A stretch of DNA of 60,227 nt from Methanobacteriota archaeon (GTDB lineage: Archaea; Thermoplasmatota; Thermoplasmata; RBG-16-68-12), in assembly GCA_005878985.1 (NCBI GenBank), contig VBMA01000076.1, positions 1 through 60,227 of the forward strand. The letters run 5' to 3'. This document shows, in pieces, positions 25,946 through 33,958 of the stretch. The notes under the pieces were generated by a model, which did not search any database, had not been told where the DNA came from, and worked only from the letters and a program-made list of their open reading frames with translations. The position numbers and the translations under genes were made by a program. The stretch's first letter is position 1, and each line of letters starts with the position of its first letter.

Positions 25946-26977
25946 TCATCGCTCCGCGATGGTTTCTTGAATCGGCATTCCAAAATGGCGGCCCCCCTCC
26001 TCCAGACGGAGGAGGACATCATCGCCCAATTGGAGCTCGCTCACACCAACCGATCCGCCGTCCGGTGTCACGAAACGAACCGTTTCCGCGTTCTGGACGA
26101 TTGTTGAATAGCGGCGGTCGTCGGCCTCCGCTTCAACGATCAGGAGCGGTCGGCGTTCGACTTTCACCCGACCGACGACCACCGAACGGGCGCGGCCTTC
26201 CGAGTCCACCGCCAGGACGTCGTCGCCCGCGCGGAGTTCGCTGAGGTACTTGGTCGTGCCTCCAGGAAGATAGACATAGGCGTGCACCGGCCCCGCGTTC
26301 ACCCGGAACGGACGGGCGGCCACCTCGTCCGTCTCGATAGTCTCCGAATGGATCAGGAAAAGGCCCGCCGAGGTGTTCCCGACGAGCAACCCTTCGCCGC
26401 GCCGAAGGAGCGAGCACGTATCGACGCAGACGCGGTCGCCGAGGCCGAGACCTCGCGTCCCCGTGAGTTTCGCCCGCACCAGGCGGATGTCCTGTTGAAA
26501 GGACTCGAGCAGGGCGCGAACGGCCCGAATCTCGTTCGGCGAGGAGGTCGTGAGGAAAATGCCGTCGGCGCCAACCTCCATCGTCTCGAAGGCGAGCTTC
26601 GCTTCTGTAAGATCGTGAACCTCCACCAGCAACCGGGTCCCGCTCCCCTGGAAAAACGCGATCAGGTTCTCGAGTGGGATGATCTTCCACGGTTCCGGCC
26701 GAACGACCACGTGCTTCGTCGCGCCCCGCAACGCACGGACAAGCGCCTCGTCCTTCGCCGAGCGGATCATCGCGAGCCGTCCGACCTCGGCCTCGCCGAG
26801 GAAGAACGTCGAGCCTTTCAAATGAATCGGGGAGAAACGCCCGAGCCGTTGGAGTGACGCATCCGGCTTGAAGAGGACAATCTCGTCGAAGCCGACCTCG
26901 AGGGCCGCCGAGACGACGGGGCGGACATCATCGGAATCACCGCGGGGAGACGCCGCGACCCATACCACGCGGTCCAT
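25946..26977 (-). CDS. 3-dehydroquinate synthase II (archaeal type)
   Basis: VWVAASPRGD..VGNTSAGLFLIHSETIETDEVAARPFRVNAGPVHAYV is typical of the archaeal DHQS-II family. Confidence 0.85.
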   Translation of the reverse strand: MDRVVWVAASPRGDSDDVRPVVSAALEVGFDEIVLFKPDASLQRLGRFSPIHLKGSTFFLGEAEVGRLAMIRSAKDEALVRALRGATKHVVVRPEPWKIIPLENLIAFFQGSGTRLLVEVHDLTEAKLAFETMEVGADGIFLTTSSPNEIRAVRALLESFQQDIRLVRAKLTGTRGLGLGDRVCVDTCSLLRRGEGLLVGNTSAGLFLIHSETIETDEVAARPFRVNAGPVHAYVYLPGGTTKYLSELRAGDDVLAVDSEGRARSVVVGRVKVERRPLLIVEAEADDRRYSTIVQNAETVRFVTPDGGSVGVSELQLGDDVLLRLEEGGRHFGMPIQETIAER

Positions 26978-26983
26978 GTGGTC

Positions 26984-27769
26984 TCACCCGCGGTAGACCT
27001 CGTCAATCGAGGCTCCATCGAACACCATGCGGGCGATCGTACGCGTCATGCCCATCGGGTCCTTCGATTGGAAGATGTTCCGGCCGATCGAGACCCCCGC
27101 CGCACCGGCGGCCAGGCCTCCCGCGACCATTTCGAGGACGGCCTGATCCGAATCGAGCTTCGGTCCGCCCGCGACGACTACGGGGACAGAACATCCCCGG
27201 ACGACTTCGCGGAACGTCTCCGCGGAGCCGGTGTACGTCGTCTTGACGAGGTCGGCTCCGAGCTCCGCACCGACGCGGGCTGCGTGCCTCACGACGTCGA
27301 CGTCATACGGGTCACGGATGGCCGGGCCACGCGCGTACATCATCGCGAGAAGTGGAAAGCCGAGGCGATCACAGTCCGCCGCCGCGGTCCCGAGGTCGCC
27401 GAGCATTCGGTCGTCGTCCTCGCCCCCGAGGTTCACATGGACGCTCACCGCGTCCCCGCCGTACGAGATGGCTTCTTCGACTCGGGTCACCGCGACCTTA
27501 CGATCGGCCCGCGGGCTCAGTGAGGTCGACGCGCTAAGATGCAGGATCAGCGCGAGTTTCTCATCGAAGTAGTCCTTCGCAAACCGAACGGACCCTTTGT
27601 GGAGGACGACTGCCGTCGCGCCGCCCTTCGCGACGTTCGCCACGGCCTTCCGGATGTCTTCGAGGCCCGCGAGCGGCCCGGACGACACGCCGTGGTCCAT
27701 CGCCACGATGAGGGCCTTGCCGTCGCTGAGGACCCGCCGGATCCGAATCTCCTTTCCAATGGAGGACAA
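26984..27769 (-). CDS. 2-amino-3,7-dideoxy-D-threo-hept-6-ulosonate (ADH) synthase, class I aldolase family
   Basis: GKEIRIRRV..ALIVAMDHG..VVLHKG..DAVSVHVNLG..LVKTTY. The start is TTG, preceded by GGGGAGGGG. Confidence 0.85.
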   Translation of the reverse strand: MSSIGKEIRIRRVLSDGKALIVAMDHGVSSGPLAGLEDIRKAVANVAKGGATAVVLHKGSVRFAKDYFDEKLALILHLSASTSLSPRADRKVAVTRVEEAISYGGDAVSVHVNLGGEDDDRMLGDLGTAAADCDRLGFPLLAMMYARGPAIRDPYDVDVVRHAARVGAELGADLVKTTYTGSAETFREVVRGCSVPVVVAGGPKLDSDQAVLEMVAGGLAAGAAGVSIGRNIFQSKDPMGMTRTIARMVFDGASIDEVYRG

Positions 27770-27781
27770 TGGCCCCTCCCC

Positions 27782-27804
27782 CGCGTGCTAGAGCGGAGCA
27801 CGCG
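27782..27804. other. 8-bp stem hairpin (CGCGTGCT-N7-AGCACGCG) between the ftsZ-like gene and the shikimate operon
   Basis: Perfect inverted repeat read directly from the sequence. No U-tract follows it on the minus strand, so its function is unclear. Confidence 0.4.
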
Positions 27805-27847
27805 CCGGATGAGCCCGTTCTATTTGTTTTCATCGGTCGGCGCCGAA

Positions 27848-28759
27848 TCATAGGCCGGCCAGCACTTGCACGACGGTCCGATCGTCTTTCGTGCCGGAAG
27901 GCGCACTCGCCCACGCGATGACGGCGTGCGGGGATCTTCGGCGGACCTCCTGAAGGATCTCCACTTCGTCCTTGTTCGGTTCCGGAACGGACATCAAGAC
28001 AATCGCGTGGCTGATCTCCTCGGGGAGCGAGGTGAACCAGGGGGACGCGTACGCCTCTTCCACCGCGACAAAACATCGGTGCTTCTCTCGACCGGTGCCC
28101 ATGCCAAATCGCCATTCCCGGGCTCGCTCCAGGGTCCGCCGCAGCGGCACCACGTCCGGACGCGCGAGGGCCGCTCCCAGTTCCGCCGCCGGTCGAGCCA
28201 TGATCGCACCCAAGGCCGCGAAGGCCTTCGTCAGCGGCAGGTCCCGCGCGATCTGGAGGAGTCGATCGTTGCTGAAGGTGACGACACCGTCTGCGCGCTT
28301 CTGCAGGAGGCGCAGCTGGGCCTCGGCGAGTTGCCGCCGAATCGGCCCCTCGATCGTGAAGGGCACCGTCGCGAAGGCGATGCTAGCGTCGCCGAGGATC
28401 CTCGTGACGCGGCCGACGAGGCTCATGCCCCACCCGCCGAGTTCGCCGCCGAGACCGCCGAGCATCACCACGAGGTCCCGATCGAGCAAGGCGGCAGAGA
28501 TCTCCTTCTCCTCGTCCGTCTCCATGTTCGGCACGGCCTTTTCGTCCATCGAGGCGTATGCCTGCAGCGAACCGGAGGCAAGGAGGACCCGGGTCGAAAC
28601 GTCCGCCATGGACGGATGGACGGCATCGTTTAGCGCGATGCGAGTCGCGTTGGGTGGCGCCGCGACGCGACGGAGGACACTGCAGCCCGCTCCTCCGCAG
28701 CCGACGAACGCGACCCGGGCCCGCTCGTCCCCGATGCCTAACCTCCACGTGTCCGGCAC
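27848..28759 (-). CDS. divergent FtsZ/tubulin-superfamily paralog with a degenerate GTP-binding signature
   Basis: It aligns with the FtsZ of this window: VGCGGAGCS (T1), GGLGGELGG in place of GLGGGTGTG (T4), no GxGAGG T3 loop, TVPFTIEG, SNDRLL (T7), and an FtsZ-like C-terminal domain (AIVLMSVPEPNKDEVEIL..VIAWASAP..VVQVLAGL). Confidence 0.75.
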   Translation of the reverse strand: MPDTWRLGIGDERARVAFVGCGGAGCSVLRRVAAPPNATRIALNDAVHPSMADVSTRVLLASGSLQAYASMDEKAVPNMETDEEKEISAALLDRDLVVMLGGLGGELGGWGMSLVGRVTRILGDASIAFATVPFTIEGPIRRQLAEAQLRLLQKRADGVVTFSNDRLLQIARDLPLTKAFAALGAIMARPAAELGAALARPDVVPLRRTLERAREWRFGMGTGREKHRCFVAVEEAYASPWFTSLPEEISHAIVLMSVPEPNKDEVEILQEVRRRSPHAVIAWASAPSGTKDDRTVVQVLAGL

Positions 28760-28870
28760 GCCCGCGCATCGGGAGTCCCCGGAGATAAAGGATTGTCATT
28801 CGCGAATCGATATCTATGCCGCGACGGGAATAGAAATCCTTCGAAGGAAAGCGCGATAAGGCCGCACTGG

Positions 28871-30079
28871 ATGCTGGACACCGTGCCGCCATCCGGGGTC
28901 CCACACTCGACCGATACTGTGGTCGTCGGCGGCGGTTGCATGGGGACGAGCATCGCGTGGCACCTCGCCCGACGGGGCGTGCGGGTCGTCGTGCTCGAGA
29001 GGACGCACCTCGCGGCCGGGGCCACGGGCCACAGCGGTGCGCTGGTCCGCCAACATTACGAGGCCCGGATCGGAATCCGACTCGCGCGGGAGAGCTTGGC
29101 GTTCTTCCAGCGATTCGAAAAGGAGACGAATTTTTCCTGTGATTTCCGGACGACGGGCTTCCTGTCCGGCACACGGGAACGGGATCTACCGGCGTTCGAC
29201 GCCCTGCTCGAGGTGCTGCGGTCCGAGGGAGTCCGGGCCGAACGGCTCACGCCCTCGGACGCAAAGGCGATGGAACCGCAACTCGAGGTCTCCGATTACG
29301 CGGCCCTCGTCCACGATCCGGACGCCGGCTATGCCGATCCAATCGCCACGGCCAACGGCTTCGCGGCCGCAGCGGCCGTCGAGGGGGCGAAGGTCTTCGG
29401 TGATCGCACCGTCGCGTCCATCGCGACGCGGTCAGGTCGCGTGACGGGAGTCAAGATTCGCGGCGAGGGTCTCCTGGCAAGCGAGCGGGTCGTCGTCGCG
29501 GCCGGCAATTGGACGCGGGACCTTGTGGCCACCGTCGGTCCGCGCCTGCCCATTCGATACGTCCGCGGGGAAGTCGCCCTCTTCCGACGACCGTTCGATT
29601 TCGGCCCACCGCCTAGGATCCATTTCGACTTCTACGGGAACACGTACTCGCGGCCCGAAGGCGAGAAAGACACGCTCGCCGGGTACATGGACACGGATCC
29701 CCGAAAGACGATGCGAGACCACGAACTCCTTGAGACGCTCCCTGTCGCAACGGCACGGGAAATCCGGACGCGCCTCGCGAAACGATTCCCTCGGATGGCG
29801 GAGGCACAGCCGCGAGGCGGTTGGGCCGGCGCGTACGATGTGACGCCCGATTCCTATCCGATCCTGGATCGGGTCGGACCCGACGGACTGTTTGTCGCGG
29901 TCGGCTTTAGCGGCCATGGATTCAAACTCTCCCCCGAGGTCGGCCGTCTGATGGCGGAACATGTCGCAACGGATCACCGACCCAAACTCCTCGAACCGCT
30001 CCGGGCGTCTCGATTTGCCGAAGGGTCGCCGATCCAACCCGATGCGCCATTTCCTCGACGCGGTCGTCGGCTGCCTTAG
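28871..30079 (+). CDS. FAD-dependent oxidoreductase (DAO / sarcosine-oxidase-beta-like)
   Basis: DTVVVGGGCMGTSIAWHLARRGVRVVVLER dinucleotide-binding fold. The C-terminal region contains GFSGHGFKLSP. Confidence 0.85.
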   Translation: MLDTVPPSGVPHSTDTVVVGGGCMGTSIAWHLARRGVRVVVLERTHLAAGATGHSGALVRQHYEARIGIRLARESLAFFQRFEKETNFSCDFRTTGFLSGTRERDLPAFDALLEVLRSEGVRAERLTPSDAKAMEPQLEVSDYAALVHDPDAGYADPIATANGFAAAAAVEGAKVFGDRTVASIATRSGRVTGVKIRGEGLLASERVVVAAGNWTRDLVATVGPRLPIRYVRGEVALFRRPFDFGPPPRIHFDFYGNTYSRPEGEKDTLAGYMDTDPRKTMRDHELLETLPVATAREIRTRLAKRFPRMAEAQPRGGWAGAYDVTPDSYPILDRVGPDGLFVAVGFSGHGFKLSPEVGRLMAEHVATDHRPKLLEPLRASRFAEGSPIQPDAPFPRRGRRLP

Positions 30080-30106
30080 AAAATGTGCATGCGCCGATGC
30101 GCCGGC

Positions 30107-30132
30107 AGTAGTTTCGCCCATCCCTCCGGCCG
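30107..30132 (+). repeat. 26-nt repeat, copy A: AGTAGTTTCGCCCATCCCTCCGGCCG
   Basis: 25 of 26 nt are identical to 44546-44571 in the same orientation. It begins exactly 27 nt after the TAG stop codon of the preceding gene. Confidence 0.8.
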
Positions 30133-30308
30133 TGGGGCAGAAGGCCTCGCGGGAACCGGTGTAGCCCATGGAGGAACTCCTCGGCATCCACGTGCGTTCA
30201 CCCCGGGACGATTTTCGGATCCTCGAGGTCACCGTCCACAACGTGGCTTCACAGAAGACCTGACGAAACCGAAGGATTATTTCGTCCGCCCGCCCTTGAC
30301 GGCGCCGG

Positions 30309-31247
30309 ATGCTTGTACAGGCCTCGGGCCTCGTGAAGCAGTATCCGCGGGTCCGCGCCCTCGATCAGGTCTCCCTTGAGATCAAGGAGGGCGAGGTGTT
30401 CGGCTTGTTCGGGCCGAACGGCGCCGGCAAGACGACCTGCCTGCGAGTCCTGTCCGGGCTGACGCAACCCGACCAGGGGTCCGCCACCGTGTGTGGGGTC
30501 GACGTGCGGACGGCACCGAACGAGGTCCGCCGCGAACTCGGGATCCTGATCGACATCCCCTTCCCGTACGAGGAAGTGACCGTCCGACGATACCTCTCAT
30601 TCTTCGCGGAGATGGCGAGCGTGCCGCGACCCGAGATTCCCGCGAACGTGGAATGGGCCATGGCGCTGCTCGGAGTCACGCCGCACGCGGACAGCCGGAT
30701 CGGAAGGCTCTCGATGGGCGAGCGGCAACGCACGGAGCTCGCCCGGGTGATGCTGGGCACGGCCCGGATGCTCTTCCTGGACGAACCCTTCTCGAACGTC
30801 GACGTGAGCATGCGGATCCGGTTGCGATCCATTCTCCGCGAATGGGTCTCCCGCGGTGGCTCCATCCTGTTCACGAGCCACAACCTCCTCGAGAGCGAGG
30901 CCATCGTGGACCGTTACGCCTTCCTGCATCTGGGGAAGGTCATCGCCCTCGGGACCGCGAAGGAGTTGAAGTCGACGCTCCTCGCGCCGATGTACGAGCT
31001 CGAGGTGAGCGACGTGGACCGCGGCCTGGCCGCCCTCCGGGCGATCCCCCACCAGAGCCTCGAAGGGACGGGCCGAGGCATGGTCCGGATCGCCCTCGTC
31101 TCGCGGGACGATGCGCCGCGGATCGCAAGGACCCTCGTCGAGGCGAACGTTGACCTACTCGAGATGAAGAGCCTCGGCACGATGGAAGACGTCTATTCGC
31201 GGCTCACGCAGCCCGCCCCACCGACTGTCCAGGGGTTCTCGCGATGA
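30309..31247 (+). CDS. ABC transporter ATP-binding protein
   Basis: GLFGPNGAGKTT (Walker A), LSMGERQR (signature), LFLDEPFSNVD (Walker B). Confidence 0.9.
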   Translation: MLVQASGLVKQYPRVRALDQVSLEIKEGEVFGLFGPNGAGKTTCLRVLSGLTQPDQGSATVCGVDVRTAPNEVRRELGILIDIPFPYEEVTVRRYLSFFAEMASVPRPEIPANVEWAMALLGVTPHADSRIGRLSMGERQRTELARVMLGTARMLFLDEPFSNVDVSMRIRLRSILREWVSRGGSILFTSHNLLESEAIVDRYAFLHLGKVIALGTAKELKSTLLAPMYELEVSDVDRGLAALRAIPHQSLEGTGRGMVRIALVSRDDAPRIARTLVEANVDLLEMKSLGTMEDVYSRLTQPAPPTVQGFSR

Positions 31248-32110
31248 TCTCCTGGGAGGAGCGGCTCCGCCTGATCGTGGCAATCATCGACAAGGATCGC
31301 CGGATCCCGGTCTGGATGTGGATCACGACGTTCCTCATCGCGTTCGTCGGTTTCTTCCTCCTGCTTCCGACCGCCCTGAGCTCCGTCTCGTACTCCTTCC
31401 GACCTGCATGGACATGGTACGACTCCTCCCTCCGCTCTTTCTACGCCATCTCCGCGGCACTGACGTCCCTCTTGCTCGGATTGACGTTCGCGCACTTCCA
31501 CCATGGAGAGGTGCATCGAGGCACGATCCGATCTATCATCCTGTACCCGGTCGACATGAACGACATCACGATCGCGAAGCTCGCGTCGAGCCTCATCGTC
31601 TCTGCGATCCTCTCGACGATCCTGTTCATCGGGATTTTCGGGGGCTTCTTCCTCGTGGGAGCGTTTCCCTTCGGGGACTTCCTCGCGATCCACGTGACGG
31701 CCCTCGCGATGAGCTTCCTCGCGCTCGCCGTGGGCGTCTTCTTGGCCCAGGCGATCGCCCACGTGGCGGGCCGGATGGTCCTGTCTCCGACGGCCCTCGG
31801 GGCGATCTTCCTCCTGCTCTCGATCCTGACGACGGAGAGCGGCCTCACTTTTCTCGGGACCCAAGTGGCCCTCATCCTGAAGCCCGCGAGCCGAGGCCTT
31901 ACGTTCGCCGAATATGAAGCCATCCGAAATGTCGCTCAGAGCCTGAGCGTCTTCTCGCCCCACCACGTCGGCGCGCGGATCCTCGGCATCGCCTTCGGGA
32001 TCACGGGGCTATGGGCGGACCTCCATGTGATCGTGCCGATCGCGGCCCTGATCTTCGCCGGCGGATACTTGCTCGGGAAGAAACTCTATCTGGACATCTT
32101 CATCCGATGA
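31244..32110 (+). CDS. ABC-2 type transporter permease
   Basis: Six hydrophobic segments. The ATGA junction overlaps the stop codon of the ATPase gene. Confidence 0.8.
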   Translation: MISWEERLRLIVAIIDKDRRIPVWMWITTFLIAFVGFFLLLPTALSSVSYSFRPAWTWYDSSLRSFYAISAALTSLLLGLTFAHFHHGEVHRGTIRSIILYPVDMNDITIAKLASSLIVSAILSTILFIGIFGGFFLVGAFPFGDFLAIHVTALAMSFLALAVGVFLAQAIAHVAGRMVLSPTALGAIFLLLSILTTESGLTFLGTQVALILKPASRGLTFAEYEAIRNVAQSLSVFSPHHVGARILGIAFGITGLWADLHVIVPIAALIFAGGYLLGKKLYLDIFIR

Positions 32111-32124
32111 ACGGAGGGAGTTCC

Positions 32125-32662
32125 ATGCAACCAAATCCCCCCCGACGCGTTCGTTCCTCCTGTTAGCGCGGAACCGGCCCCTGCGACCAATCGTTCGCAC
32201 TCCAGGATCTTCTTCGGCATCCTCCTTGCTTTTATCGGCATCGGCCTCGAGGCGATCGAATATGCAGTCAATTTCCTGTTCTCCTCCAGCACGACGCAGA
32301 CGCTGACGCTCAACGACGTAATCATCCGCTCGGGCATCAGCGCGGCGGCCGAAGCCTTGGCCATCGCGCTCACGGGCATTGGACTGTTTCTGGTCTTCTA
32401 CTATACCGCTCAGACCCGACCCGCCACCAAACCGTGGACCTCGACGGCCGCGATGGTCCTCCTCGCAACGGGGCTCGCGGGCGCCCTGCTCCGAGTGGTG
32501 GAGTTCAGGAATTGGTACGCGTTAATCTCGGGCGCGTCTTTCGATTCTCTAATCCCCCTCTTCCAGATCACGGCCGGCCTCCACCTTGCGGTCGCTCTCG
32601 CCGGATCGACGGCAACGATTGTCGCCCTGTACGGATTGACACGGCCCGGCAGTTTAGCCTAG
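32125..32662 (+). CDS. small membrane protein, apparently interrupted by a 1-nt frameshift in a C7 run (or start unresolved)
   Basis: GGAGGGAG (32113-32120) is followed by ATG at 32125. That frame stops after 13 codons. The frame one nucleotide over is open from 32111 and encodes the hydrophobic stretch RIFFGILLAFIGIGLEAIEYAVNFLF upstream of the tracked ORF 32357..32662. The two frames meet at CCCCCCC (32137-32143). Confidence 0.45.
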
Positions 32663-32767
32663 TTGTCCACGGCCACACGATTGCAAAACGGACCCGCGAT
32701 CGTTCGATACTTTCGCCGACCGTCTCGTAGACATTATAAGTAGCAAGGCGGCCTTGCGCACGCCAGG

Positions 32768-33958
32768 ATGCACGAGATCGTCTGCGTGGGCGATGTCCAT
32801 GAAGGATTGAGCTTCGATTTCCGGATTGATCCGGAAACCGGGATCTCGGAGCGCGCATTGGACCTCCACGGGAACTTCGCGAAAGCCGCTCGGTGGGCGA
32901 TCGAGCATCGCGCCTCGCTTTTCTGCATCCTCGGCGACCTGTTCGACCGCGCACACGTGGCCCCCGTGTTTCGGGAGATGGTCCGGAGGGATGTCATCGA
33001 GCCGCTGGGCGATGCCGGCATCGAGGTCTGGATCCTCGCGGGAAATCACGACCAGCCGAGACGCGCCGTTCGCTCGACGTCCCTCGACGACTATCGCGGT
33101 TACTCCCATGTGAAGGTGTTCCGCGATCCGAAGATGGAAGTCCGCGACATCGACGGACGCCAGATCGGTTTCATCCTCATCCCGTACATGCATCCGGAGC
33201 AAGTCGTCGAACAAGTGCGGGAAACCCTGGCGAAGGACGTGCCGCGCGAACTGGCATACGAGGCGGCCCGCCGCACGTGGCAAGAGTGGATCCGCAACCG
33301 GGCGCAGGACCTGAAAGACGCGGACCTCCGCATCCTATTCGGACACTTCGAGTTCCAGGGCGTGCGGTACGCGAGCACCGCTCCGACCGAGGTCGTCCCG
33401 AACGATTTCACCTTCACCCCGGACATGATCCCGGATGCGATCGATCTCGTCGTATTCGGTCACATCCACATGCACCAGACCGTGGGCGGGAAGATCGTGT
33501 ACGCCGGCGCGCCGGAGCGGATCGACTGGGGGGAACGCCTCGATCCGAAAGGATTCCTCGTCATCCGTCCGGAGGGCGGCTGGTCGTTCGTCGAACTCCC
33601 CGCGCGTCCGATGGACAAGGTCGAAACGGTCGTCGGAATGGGGGACGACGTGACGGAAAAGGTCCTCGCGGCGATCCCGGCGCAGGTCGCGGGCCACCTC
33701 GTCCGGATCGAGGTCACCCTCCCGGACGAACTCCGGAACCGACTGGACGAGAAGCGCCTCGCGGATCGCCTCCGGGACGCCTTCCACTACGAAGTCAAGT
33801 TCATCTCCGCAAGCCGGCCACGCGTCATGACGGAGGAATTCACGTTGGACCCCGGTCGCCTCCTGGCGGATTACGTCGACAAGGTCCTCGCCGACCATCC
33901 GAAACGGGAAATGATCAAGGTCGAGGCCCGGCGGGTGCTCAAGGAGGCCCTCTCGTGA
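32768..33958 (+). CDS. mre11: DNA double-strand break repair nuclease Mre11
   Basis: Phosphoesterase motifs VGDVHEG, LGDLFD, AGNHD, FGHFEF and VFGHIHMH. Confidence 0.9.
   Translation: MHEIVCVGDVHEGLSFDFRIDPETGISERALDLHGNFAKAARWAIEHRASLFCILGDLFDRAHVAPVFREMVRRDVIEPLGDAGIEVWILAGNHDQPRRAVRSTSLDDYRGYSHVKVFRDPKMEVRDIDGRQIGFILIPYMHPEQVVEQVRETLAKDVPRELAYEAARRTWQEWIRNRAQDLKDADLRILFGHFEFQGVRYASTAPTEVVPNDFTFTPDMIPDAIDLVVFGHIHMHQTVGGKIVYAGAPERIDWGERLDPKGFLVIRPEGGWSFVELPARPMDKVETVVGMGDDVTEKVLAAIPAQVAGHLVRIEVTLPDELRNRLDEKRLADRLRDAFHYEVKFISASRPRVMTEEFTLDPGRLLADYVDKVLADHPKREMIKVEARRVLKEALS

Noticed and set aside
32893-33954. The 354-codon N-terminal extension of the Rad50 ORF in the track (1155 aa in total).
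   Set aside because: It overlaps mre11 out of frame and is Arg/Pro-rich. The Rad50 fold begins at FVLEEIEMRGFMRY, and a GTG at 33955 forms a GTGA overlap with the mre11 stop codon.
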